61,404 bases of DNA, taken from the NCBI GenBank assembly GCA_964493765.1, contig CAZBPK010000117.1, positions 1-61,404 on the forward strand. Direction: 5' to 3'. Below, piece by piece: positions 46,875 through 55,901 of this stretch. This stretch comes from an uncultured Bacteroidia bacterium (GTDB lineage Bacteria > Bacteroidota > Bacteroidia > J057 > CALLMJ01). A program made the translations under genes and the position numbers. The first letter of the stretch is position 1; every line of letters begins with the position of its first letter. A model generated the notes under the pieces. That model was not told where the DNA came from and made no database searches. It saw only the letters and a program-made list of their open reading frames with translations.

Positions 46875-49217
46875 TTAAGATTTAAAGTAATTTTTAATCT
46901 TTTTTAATAATGAAACATTTTCGTTTTCAACATAATAACCAGAATTGTACCCGTAACCATAGCCATAGCCATAACCATAGCCATAGCCATATCTTGAAGT
47001 GTTTGCTTCTAAATAATTTACAAGTAAATATAAGTGTTTTAAATCATGTTCATTTTTTAATACTTCTGCATTTTTCAAAAAGTTTTTATCAGATTTATTA
47101 GCACGATAAACATACAAAGCAATATTCGCTAATTTAAGCACAGGTATAGTATCGGTAACAAGACCAATTGGAGCTGTATCACAAACAATGATATCATAAT
47201 CCGATTTTAATCTTTCTAATAAATCAACAAATTCTTGAGAATTAAGCATTTCTGAAGGATTTGGAGAAATTGGACCGGAAGTAATTATGTCTAAATTAGG
47301 GTAACCTGAAAATTGAACAAAATCTTTAAAATCCAATTTAGGGTTGACTAACAAATTAGATACTCCTTTTTCATTTGATAAATTAAAAGCTAAATGTAAA
47401 CGGGGTTTTCTTAAATCTAAATCTAATAAAATGATTTTTTTATCCAGTAGAGATAAAACACCAGCCGTATTTACTGAAATAAAAGTTTTTCCTTCACCAG
47501 AAGTTGTTGAGGTTATAGACAAAATTGGTTTCTCAATTTTTGCTAATGAAAACATAATATTTGCCCGAAGAGTTCTAAAGCACTCTGTAAGGTGAGAACG
47601 AGGATTTGTGATTACTTGCATACTTGCATCGTCAGAAACTTGGTTAGACCTAATAACAGTACCTAAAATGGGTATATCAGTAGATGCTTCAACTTCTTCA
47701 CGGGTGGTCAATGTTCTATCGGATAAATATTTAATCAAAATAAATCCAAACCCTAAAACTAAGCCAATAAAAGCAGTTATAACATAAATTTGTTTAGGAT
47801 TAGGAGAAATTGGGATTCTGGGCATAGTAGGTTTATTTAACACCCTACTGTTAGAAACAATAGAAGCCTTTTGGATAGAGGTTTCCATTTTTTTATCTAA
47901 AAGAGAATAATAAATTTTTTCATTGAGTTCAAAGGGCTTTTTATAAGTAGATAAATCTCTCTCAAGAGATGGAATGCTTGATAGGTTTATATTTGCTTCA
48001 GCAGATTTTTGCTTAATATAAATAAGTTTTTCTTTATTTTTTTCTTTTGCATTTTCAATACTTTCTAAAAGAACTTTCTTGGATTCAGAAACTTGGTCAT
48101 TAATTTTTTGTATTAAAGGGCTATTGATAGTATGTTTTTTGAGTAAAATAGACTTTTGAACCAATAATTGGTTTAACTGATTGATATTCTGAACGAGAAT
48201 TGGGTCAATCAATCCTTCCATATTAGGAGCAAAAACAATATCTTTATCTTGAGGATTAATTTTTAATTCAACATACTTTTCTAAATCAGTCAGAGTTTTA
48301 TCCGAGAGTTTAATATTGGAAATTTCAGTTTCAAATTGAGAAATTGTAGTTAAAATGCTTTGTTTCTTTGATTGTATTGCAGGGATTTCATATGTTTTTT
48401 CAAATGATTCTAAATCAGTTTCAGACTTTTGTAGTTTTTGAGAAAAATCACTAATTAAAGTATCAATAAACTGAATTTTTTGGTCTAAAGAACGTTTTTT
48501 TATAGTAAGTTCATCTTCTAAATATACTTTTAATAAATCTTGTAAAAAGTCATAAGCTCTTTCGGGAATTACATCTGTTACAACGATTTTAAAAATTCCG
48601 GGTTTATAAGGAGCAAAGTTAATGGTTTTTGAATAGTAAGAAAATGCTTCTTCTGAAGATTGTACATAAACATAATAAAGTTCAGAAGAAATAACCCCTT
48701 TCTTGCTAACTAGAATATCACTACCTTTATACTTAATTAAGTTATCAAATAAACCTTTGATAGTATCTTGCTGATTTACCCAAAGGATAAATTCTTTTTG
48801 GTTAATGGGTTTAATATTGATGTAAGTATTATATAATTTAAAATTGGTACTATCGTACCTGAAGATTATAGGACAATTTTTATAAAACTCTGTTTTTCCA
48901 ATTTTTCCAATTGTAAAATATTTGATATCTAATTTTAATGATGAAATTACTTTATTGATAATTTCATTAGATTTGATAACTTCAAGTTGTGCCTCTAACT
49001 CCTCTCCTACTTGATCTAAAGCTTTTTTTTCTAATGTAATTTCTGATTGTAACTCAATTTTTAGTACTGATTCTGATTGATACTGATATTCAACATATCT
49101 TAAGTAAATAAAACCACAAAAAACCCAAAAAAATGTAAAAATTATTGGAACATAAAAATATTTCCATAAATATTTTAAAAGTCTTTGAATTTCAAAATTT
49201 TGGTTATTTTTATCCAT
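46875..49217 (-). CDS. wzc: Polysaccharide chain-length regulator / BY-kinase
   Basis: Two TM segments, periplasmic coiled coil, Walker A STTSGEGKT, DLDLRKP, DTAP, C-terminal Tyr cluster. Confidence 0.93.
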   Translation of the reverse strand: MDKNNQNFEIQRLLKYLWKYFYVPIIFTFFWVFCGFIYLRYVEYQYQSESVLKIELQSEITLEKKALDQVGEELEAQLEVIKSNEIINKVISSLKLDIKYFTIGKIGKTEFYKNCPIIFRYDSTNFKLYNTYINIKPINQKEFILWVNQQDTIKGLFDNLIKYKGSDILVSKKGVISSELYYVYVQSSEEAFSYYSKTINFAPYKPGIFKIVVTDVIPERAYDFLQDLLKVYLEDELTIKKRSLDQKIQFIDTLISDFSQKLQKSETDLESFEKTYEIPAIQSKKQSILTTISQFETEISNIKLSDKTLTDLEKYVELKINPQDKDIVFAPNMEGLIDPILVQNINQLNQLLVQKSILLKKHTINSPLIQKINDQVSESKKVLLESIENAKEKNKEKLIYIKQKSAEANINLSSIPSLERDLSTYKKPFELNEKIYYSLLDKKMETSIQKASIVSNSRVLNKPTMPRIPISPNPKQIYVITAFIGLVLGFGFILIKYLSDRTLTTREEVEASTDIPILGTVIRSNQVSDDASMQVITNPRSHLTECFRTLRANIMFSLAKIEKPILSITSTTSGEGKTFISVNTAGVLSLLDKKIILLDLDLRKPRLHLAFNLSNEKGVSNLLVNPKLDFKDFVQFSGYPNLDIITSGPISPNPSEMLNSQEFVDLLERLKSDYDIIVCDTAPIGLVTDTIPVLKLANIALYVYRANKSDKNFLKNAEVLKNEHDLKHLYLLVNYLEANTSRYGYGYGYGYGYGYGYNSGYYVENENVSLLKKIKNYFKS
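46947..46991 (-). repeat. Coding hexamer tandem repeat (TATGGY)6-TACGGG-TAC encoding the Wzc (YG)n cluster
   Basis: Two perfect copies of TATGGCTATGGCTATGGT read from the sequence. Confidence 0.85.
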
Positions 49218-49220
49218 AAA

Positions 49221-49985
49221 TTACCTAAAGCTTTGTAATCTGAAATAAATAATTAAAATACCTCCAATTGTAGAAACTATGGATGATAATTGTAACCAAG
49301 GTAATACATTTCTTGTAAATAACGCAATTGGTTTGGGTCTTAAATATATTATATCCCCATTTTGAACAATCAATTCCTCAGCTTTTAAGATGTTTTGTTT
49401 CGTTAAATCCACCCAAATAATTTTCGGTTTTTTTAAATCTCCTCTTATAATTTTCAATCTATCTATTTTGGCAAAATTATTTATACCTCCAGCAAGTCCT
49501 ATTACTTCCATTAAATGCATTCTATCATGGGTTAGTGAAATTGCACCTGGCTTATTAAATTCTCCAAATACATAAACCTTCATGGATTTATTGATTACGT
49601 TAATCTTAGGATCTACATAAAAGTTGGCATATTTTTCTTCTAAAGTATCAATTAGTTCATAGGATGTTAAACCTTCTACTTTCAATTTCCCTAATAAGGG
49701 TAATAAAATCTCTCCATTATTATTTACGAAATAATCTTTTGTAACAGTTGCAACCTCCTCAGTTATAGGTTGATTGATATACTCTATAGAAATATTATCA
49801 CCAATTTTAATTTTGGGTATGTAATATGTTGTGTCTTTAGAAGAAGGATATCTAGTAATACTTTTACCTTCTACTTTTAATGATTTATATAAATCCTTTT
49901 CATTATCTGTCTGTAGCAACATCATTTTACCACAACCAGATGCAAGAATAAAAATTATAATAATTATTAGTGAGTGAATTTTCAT
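49221..49985 (-). CDS. wza: Polysaccharide export lipoprotein (Wza/SLBB)
   Basis: Lipobox ILASGC; IKIGDNISI, GEILLPLLGKLKVEGLT, VFGEFNKPG, EVIGLAGG. Confidence 0.88.
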   Translation of the reverse strand: MKIHSLIIIIIFILASGCGKMMLLQTDNEKDLYKSLKVEGKSITRYPSSKDTTYYIPKIKIGDNISIEYINQPITEEVATVTKDYFVNNNGEILLPLLGKLKVEGLTSYELIDTLEEKYANFYVDPKINVINKSMKVYVFGEFNKPGAISLTHDRMHLMEVIGLAGGINNFAKIDRLKIIRGDLKKPKIIWVDLTKQNILKAEELIVQNGDIIYLRPKPIALFTRNVLPWLQLSSIVSTIGGILIIYFRLQSFR

Positions 49986-51016
49986 TTTTTGGTAAAATTT
50001 TTAACTTGTTTAACAAGCTCTATAACATTTTCTCTAGGGGTATCTGGATAAAGACCATGACCTAAATTTACAATATGATTTACAGGAAGTGATTCTAAAA
50101 ATTGATTTACTTTTTGATTTAAATAGTTTTTTCCTGCATATAACAAACAAGGATCTAAATTGCCTTGAGTAGTTTTGCTAATTTGTTTTTTTGAAAAATC
50201 CAAAGGGACATTCCAATCTAAACCTATAGCATTACAATTTATGTTGTTAATTTTGTTCAAGGAAAAATTTGCACCTTTAGCAAATACAATTTTAGGTACT
50301 TCATGAATAGAATCACATATTTTTTGTATATAAGGTAAAGACCAAGTTTCAAAGTCTTCTTTAGATAAAATGCCAGCCCAAGAGTCAAAAATTTGAATTA
50401 CATTGACCCCTTTTTCAATTTGACCTTTCAAATAGATAATGCTAGCATCGGTAATTAGGTCTAAAAATTGGTGGGCAAACTCAGGATCTTGATATAAAAT
50501 TCTTTTAGCTTGAGAAAAAGTTTTAGAACCTGAACCTTCTGTACAATAAGCAAAAATTGTCCAAGGAGCACCACAAAATCCAATTAAAGGTATTTTGTTT
50601 TGTAGTTTTTCCTTAGTGATTTCAATAGCTTCTAAGGTAAATCGTAAATTTGATTGATAAAGATTTGGTAATTGTAATTTTTTTAAGTCTTCTTTATTTC
50701 TAATGGTATTAGGGAAAAATGGGCCTTTTTTTTCTTCCATGATATAATCACAATTCATGGATTCTGGCACAACCAAAATATCAGAAAAAATAATTGCAGC
50801 ATCTACCTCTAAAATATCCACCGGTTGGAGAGTAACCTCAGCAGCATTTTCAGGATTTTCTAATAAACCTTTAAAACTTCCAGCTTTTTCCCTAACTTTT
50901 CTGTATTCCACTAAAAATCTACCTGCTTGCCTCATAAGCCAAATTGGGTATCTCTCTGTTTTTTCCTGATTTAAAACTTTTAGCAAAAGGTCATTCTCAA
51001 TGTTTTGAATTTTCAT
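49982..51016 (-). CDS. hemE: Uroporphyrinogen decarboxylase
   Basis: PIWLMRQAGR, AIIFSDIL, QIFDSWAG, QGNLDP, NLGHG. Confidence 0.97.
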   Translation of the reverse strand: MKIQNIENDLLLKVLNQEKTERYPIWLMRQAGRFLVEYRKVREKAGSFKGLLENPENAAEVTLQPVDILEVDAAIIFSDILVVPESMNCDYIMEEKKGPFFPNTIRNKEDLKKLQLPNLYQSNLRFTLEAIEITKEKLQNKIPLIGFCGAPWTIFAYCTEGSGSKTFSQAKRILYQDPEFAHQFLDLITDASIIYLKGQIEKGVNVIQIFDSWAGILSKEDFETWSLPYIQKICDSIHEVPKIVFAKGANFSLNKINNINCNAIGLDWNVPLDFSKKQISKTTQGNLDPCLLYAGKNYLNQKVNQFLESLPVNHIVNLGHGLYPDTPRENVIELVKQVKNFTKK

Positions 51017-51102
51017 TTAGATAATTACTTGCAAAATTATTTATTTTTTTGATATGTTGAAATACTAATTTTTTTTTGTATTTTTGTGATGTTAGAAAAT
51101 TT

Positions 51103-52350
51103 ATGCAGCAACACTTAGAATCAGCATCAGAAGGTAGTCATTTTCAGAAATATTCTATTTCTCCTTCACTCCTACAAGTTACGCAAGAGTCCGCTGTTCA
51201 AGTTAAAAAAGAAAAAAAAATTATTAGAATTGGAATACCAAGAGAATCCTCTTCACAAGAAAGAAGAGTTCCTCTTACACCTGCAGTAGTTGATGTTTTG
51301 GTAAATAATGGTGCTGAAGTTTTTGTTGAACATGATGCGGGTCTAGACGCAGGTTTTTTAGATAGAGATTATTCAGAAGCTGGTGCATTTATAACTTATT
51401 CTAAACCTGAAGTATTTGAAAAAGCTGATATTATCATTAAAATTGAAAGACCCAATTATCAAGAAATTGAATATCTAAGAAATCGTCAAATTTTAATTTC
51501 TGCATTGCATTTGGGAAGTTTAACATCAGAATTTTTAAAAACGATTACTCAAAAAAATATTACAGCAATTGGATATGAATTTTTAAGAGGCGAAGATGGG
51601 AGTATTCCTATTATGCAAATGATGTCAGAAATAGCTGGAATTAATGCTATTCATATTGCTGCTGAACTTTTAACCTCTAATAAAGGAGGCAAAGGTATGC
51701 TTTTAGGAGGAATTACAGGCGTTCCACCTTCTATCGTTACAATTATTGGTGCAGGAACTGTAGGCTTAAATGCCGCACGTTCTGCTTTAGCACTTGGTGC
51801 TACGGTTAAAGTTATTGATGAAGAAGTATATAAATTAAGACGTTTGGAAGAAAAGCTGGGTACAAAAATTTATACTGCTGTTACACAACCTCAATTTATT
51901 GAAGAAGCTGTTATTTCCTCCGATGTTATAATTGGTGCAATCTATAAACCGGGACATAGAACACCTTGTTTGGTTTCTGAAAATATGATTAGCAAGATGA
52001 AAGAAGGTTCAATTGCCATTGATATTGCAATAGACCAGGGAGGTTGTTTTGAAACTTCTAAACCCACTACCCATGAAAATCCCATTTTTGTGAAACACGG
52101 TGTAATTCATTATTGTGTACCCAACATTGCTTCTCGTGTGCCTTATACAGGCTCAATTGCTTTAAGTAATATTTTGGGTTCCATTATATTGAAAATTATT
52201 CATTATGGAGGTATAGGCGTTTTACAAAATTCCACAACCATTAAAAATGGCATCTACACTCATCATAAGCATATCACCAACCGCTACTTAGCGAGAATTT
52301 TTGGAATGGATTATATTGATATTAACTTGTTGCACGCCACCAATTTATGA
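51103..52350 (+). CDS. ald: Alanine dehydrogenase (Bacteroidota type with N-terminal extension)
   Basis: IGIPRE..QERRVPLTP, MSEIAG, IIGAGTVG, DIAIDQGGCFETS, HYCVPNI; ATG 51103 preferred. Confidence 0.9.
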   Translation: MQQHLESASEGSHFQKYSISPSLLQVTQESAVQVKKEKKIIRIGIPRESSSQERRVPLTPAVVDVLVNNGAEVFVEHDAGLDAGFLDRDYSEAGAFITYSKPEVFEKADIIIKIERPNYQEIEYLRNRQILISALHLGSLTSEFLKTITQKNITAIGYEFLRGEDGSIPIMQMMSEIAGINAIHIAAELLTSNKGGKGMLLGGITGVPPSIVTIIGAGTVGLNAARSALALGATVKVIDEEVYKLRRLEEKLGTKIYTAVTQPQFIEEAVISSDVIIGAIYKPGHRTPCLVSENMISKMKEGSIAIDIAIDQGGCFETSKPTTHENPIFVKHGVIHYCVPNIASRVPYTGSIALSNILGSIILKIIHYGGIGVLQNSTTIKNGIYTHHKHITNRYLARIFGMDYIDINLLHATNL

Positions 52351-52353
52351 TGT

Positions 52354-53073
52354 ATGTCCTATTTAAGAAAATTGTGGAATGAAATTTCTGAAGACTGGAA
52401 AAATATTTTTATCCAACAATTTTCTATTCCTGTTTTAAAATTTTCCAATTGGAATACTTTATTTATTTCTCAAAAGTTTTTAGAAAATATTTATTTCTCT
52501 GAATCTATTGATATTCAGAACTTTAAAGTTAATGAACTGTCTGGTTTAAAACTCACTCCCTACCTCAAAAAACTTCGCATTTCCAATACTATCCTTGATA
52601 ATCTTGACGGAATTGAAAAATTATATTTTTTAACAGAATTGATTGTTACTAAAAATGTCATAAAAAATATTTATCCAGTATATTTTCTTAAAAATTTGAA
52701 TTTATTGGACATTTCTTACAATCAAATTTCTTATTTATTTCCGCTTTTCTGCTCAAACTTAGAAGTTTTGTACTGCAATCATAATAAAATCAAATCTTTA
52801 GATGGATTAGAAAATGTTCAAAACTTAAAAATAATAGATGCTTCTTACAATAAATTAACGGAATTAGATTTTACTTATTGGAAAAATTCACCTTATGAAA
52901 TTTGGGTAGCTCATAACAAAATTGAAAAATTAATGGGATTTGATGGGCATTTTACTCAAACCCTTGAAATATTAGATTTATCTCATAATCCTATTTACTT
53001 AGAGGATTTACCTTTAAATTTTCAAAATGAATTAATACATGAAGGTATAAAAGAGAGACAATCACAGAATTAG
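52354..53073 (+). CDS. Leucine-rich repeat protein
   Basis: Repeated LxxLxxxxNxI motifs (LDISYNQI, LYCNHNKI, IDASYNKL, LDLSHNPI). Confidence 0.85.
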   Translation: MSYLRKLWNEISEDWKNIFIQQFSIPVLKFSNWNTLFISQKFLENIYFSESIDIQNFKVNELSGLKLTPYLKKLRISNTILDNLDGIEKLYFLTELIVTKNVIKNIYPVYFLKNLNLLDISYNQISYLFPLFCSNLEVLYCNHNKIKSLDGLENVQNLKIIDASYNKLTELDFTYWKNSPYEIWVAHNKIEKLMGFDGHFTQTLEILDLSHNPIYLEDLPLNFQNELIHEGIKERQSQN

Positions 53074-53093
53074 CAGTAATTAATGCGAGTTAT

Positions 53094-53222
53094 GCGTGAG
53101 GGAAGCGGAGGGCACATAGTGGCACTGCCTTTTTTCGCTTTTGAAAAAAGTGGAAAAAGGATTGCCGAAGCGAAGCGGAGCCCGTAGCCAGCCCGACCCG
53201 CAGTGAAGCAAGGGACACGCCC
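53094..53222 (-). repeat. Dispersed structured repeat, copy 5
   Basis: Reverse complement GGGCGTGTCCC...TTCCCTCACGC; begins right after the TGA TGA of ORF 53226..53513. Confidence 0.9.
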
Positions 53223-53225
53223 TCA

Positions 53226-53513
53226 TCAATCTACTTTTTTCTTATTCCAGTAAACCGGATTTACTAAATTTTGCCAGTATCCAAATTCACTTCCTAAATC
53301 TATGTTTTTTAAAAATTCAATAAAATCGGATTTAGAATTAAAAGGATAGGCTATTTCGTCATATTCATCGTAATTGACACGAATGAAAACACCATCTTTA
53401 TACATTAAGCCAACGCCTATACGTCCTCTACAACTGTAAGTTTTTCCGCTTTCTAATTGAAGAAGTATAAATTGGATTTCTTCTTGGTTTAAAGATTTTT
53501 TATTTTCCATCAA
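53226..53513 (-). CDS. Hypothetical protein
   Basis: 95-aa ORF abutting the upstream stop; no recognisable motif. Confidence 0.65.
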   Translation of the reverse strand: MMENKKSLNQEEIQFILLQLESGKTYSCRGRIGVGLMYKDGVFIRVNYDEYDEIAYPFNSKSDFIEFLKNIDLGSEFGYWQNLVNPVYWNKKKVD

Positions 53514-54782
53514 TTATTTATGGATAATAATTTCCACTAATTCAATACGAATAGGGGTAGCCTCAATAATTTTAATTTTTAGATTTTCAAATTCAATGAT
53601 TTCATCTTTTTGAGGGATTAATCCGCTAGTATTAGTAATAAAACCAGCCAATGTGGTGTACTCACCTTCTGGTAAATTGAGTTCATATTTTTTATTGAGA
53701 TAATCAATTTCGTGTCTAGCTGAAAAAATAAAATGATTTTCAGAAACTTTTTTTTCTGTGAGACCTTCTTCATTGGATTCATCAAATTCATCGTCTATAT
53801 CGCCAATCACCGATTCAATTAAATCTTCAACAGTTACTAAGCCCGAAGTTCCGCCAAATTCATCTAAAACTACTGCAATGCTTTTTTTCTTGGCATTAAA
53901 CTCTGAAAGCAGTTGATGAGCAAGCATGGATTCAGGAACTTTAATAATTTTTTTGAGAATTTCATTTAAGTTTGAAGGTCTTTTCAGTAGATCCAAAACA
54001 TGCACATAACCCACAATGTTATCTAAGGAATTTTGATAAACAATCATTCTAGAGAGTTCTGTTTCAATAAATTGATTTTCAAGTTCTTGAATTGAAATAT
54101 TTGAAGGAACTGCAATAATTTCAGTTCTGGGAATCATGATTTCACGAATTTTTAATTCATTGAAATAAAGAGCATTAGAAAATATTTCAGGGTTAATTTC
54201 GGGTTCTTTTTCGTTGGATTGAAAGTTTTCTTCAATGTAAAATTGCAAATCCGTTTTGGTAAAAGCCTTTTCTTTTTCAGTTTCTTTTACTTTAAACAAT
54301 GGAAATAAAATATTATGATTCAAAAAGTTAAGTAATAAAACAACTGGTTTTAACAATTTGGAAATCAAATAAATAATAGGTGTAGCAAAAATAATGGCTC
54401 TATCTGCATGTTTTTTGAATAAAACTTTGGGAATATATTCTGCAAAAAGTAAAACGATAAAAGTAGAAATAGCTGTTTGTAGTAAAGTATATTCAATACC
54501 AAGTTTTTTTAAATCGTAACCATGTTGAATGGCTAGATGATCAATCATAAAAGCCATAATCATGGAATAAATCACCAACATAAGGTTGTGGCTAATCAAT
54601 AAAACAGAAATAAATTCAGGCACATTTTTATAAAAATAAGATAAAATTTTTCCAGACCAATCACCTTTTGAATTTTTTAATTCAATTTTAAAACGATTAG
54701 CAGAAAAGAAAGCAATTTCAGTACCCGATAAAAAACCGGTAATCATTAAAACAATCAAACAAAGTAGAATCCAATTAGTCAT
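53514..54782 (-). CDS. CNNM/HlyC-CorC family protein (DUF21 + CBS pair + CorC)
   Basis: FLSGTEIAFFS, AEYIPK, REIMIPRTEI, VLDEFGGTSGLVTVEDLIE, C-terminal CorC domain. Confidence 0.92.
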   Translation of the reverse strand: MTNWILLCLIVLMITGFLSGTEIAFFSANRFKIELKNSKGDWSGKILSYFYKNVPEFISVLLISHNLMLVIYSMIMAFMIDHLAIQHGYDLKKLGIEYTLLQTAISTFIVLLFAEYIPKVLFKKHADRAIIFATPIIYLISKLLKPVVLLLNFLNHNILFPLFKVKETEKEKAFTKTDLQFYIEENFQSNEKEPEINPEIFSNALYFNELKIREIMIPRTEIIAVPSNISIQELENQFIETELSRMIVYQNSLDNIVGYVHVLDLLKRPSNLNEILKKIIKVPESMLAHQLLSEFNAKKKSIAVVLDEFGGTSGLVTVEDLIESVIGDIDDEFDESNEEGLTEKKVSENHFIFSARHEIDYLNKKYELNLPEGEYTTLAGFITNTSGLIPQKDEIIEFENLKIKIIEATPIRIELVEIIIHK

Positions 54783-55005
54783 TATTTATATCGGGGTTTA
54801 CGTCCGTTTGGGTTGAGTCATCATTTTCTGAAGAAGGATTTTGTGCAATTCTTGAATATCTCCTAAAGGAGTATAAAAAAGTAGAAAGTAATAAAGCAAC
54901 CAAATATAAAATTTTTTCTCTCAAAGCTAAACTTTCATAGTTTGTAACGAAAATAAGGCTTATAAAAATGGTCATAAATAACCAAAAAAGTTCAATAATT
55001 TTCAT
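54775..55005 (-). CDS. Small two-TM membrane protein
   Basis: 76 aa, two hydrophobic helices ending in FRR, overlaps the next start codon. Confidence 0.65.
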   Translation of the reverse strand: MKIIELFWLFMTIFISLIFVTNYESLALREKILYLVALLLSTFLYSFRRYSRIAQNPSSENDDSTQTDVNPDINND

Positions 55006-55024
55006 AGTGCAAAATTACAAAAAT

Positions 55025-55897
55025 TTACTTTAAAAAAAAGCAAGATACTATACCACCCATCATAATCCACTTTAAATAAGAGCTTGTTTGGGTATATTTT
55101 TCAATAAAAAAGCCTTTAATCAACAAGGTTCGGAGCACAAAAAACAAAGGTAAAATTACCAAAAATGTACTTATGAATAAATAGCTCCATAGATACTCTT
55201 GAAAAAGAATATAATGAAAAATAAATGGCATAGGAATACTTAAAATTAAAAAAATAATCAGGCTAAACAAAATAGTTTGTGTAAGTTTAAGACCTGCTAT
55301 GATAGGAAGTGTTTTGAGAAAATTTTTTAAATCTCCTTTTACATCTTCAATGTCTTTGACAATTTCTCTTATCAAATTAATTTGAAAAGCAAAAATAGAC
55401 ATCCACATTAAAGGCAATTTAATATGAACTAACAATCCTCCACAAATTATTACCATGGAAGTTAAGGTACTAACAATAAGGTTGCCAATAATGGCATAGC
55501 GTTTAAAATAATAAGCATAAAAAAATAAAATTACAATAGATGAAAAATTGATAATCATAAACTTAATAGGCAAAAAAAGGCTGATTATAATAGCAAAAGA
55601 AATCATTACAAAATAAACAGTCCAAAATTTTTTGGAAGATGCATAAAAATTGACAAAAGTTTTATGGGGCTTATTGATTAAATCAATTTTATAATCATAT
55701 AAATCATTAACAATATAGCCTGATGCCGTAACTATCAGAATAACAATGGATTGTAACCAATAATTGAACGAATAAATAAATTCAAAACTATAGAGAAAAG
55801 AAAAATAAGCAGCAACAGAAAAAGTTACCCAAGTAATCCATAAATTGATAGGTCTTGAGGCAAAAAAAATACCTTTAAGATTTTGTCTATTCAACAT
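55025..55897 (-). CDS. UbiA-family prenyltransferase (DGGGP synthase-like)
   Basis: SRPINL, NDLYDYKID..NKP and REIVKDIEDVKGD Asp-rich motifs; multi-pass TM. Confidence 0.85.
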   Translation of the reverse strand: MLNRQNLKGIFFASRPINLWITWVTFSVAAYFSFLYSFEFIYSFNYWLQSIVILIVTASGYIVNDLYDYKIDLINKPHKTFVNFYASSKKFWTVYFVMISFAIIISLFLPIKFMIINFSSIVILFFYAYYFKRYAIIGNLIVSTLTSMVIICGGLLVHIKLPLMWMSIFAFQINLIREIVKDIEDVKGDLKNFLKTLPIIAGLKLTQTILFSLIIFLILSIPMPFIFHYILFQEYLWSYLFISTFLVILPLFFVLRTLLIKGFFIEKYTQTSSYLKWIMMGGIVSCFFLK

Positions 55898-55901
55898 AAA
55901 A

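Noticed and set aside
18313-53222. The five repeats as a CRISPR array or as IS/MITE ends
   Set aside because: They are dispersed rather than tandem, with no spacers or cas genes, no terminal inverted repeats with target-site duplications, and no transposase in the window.
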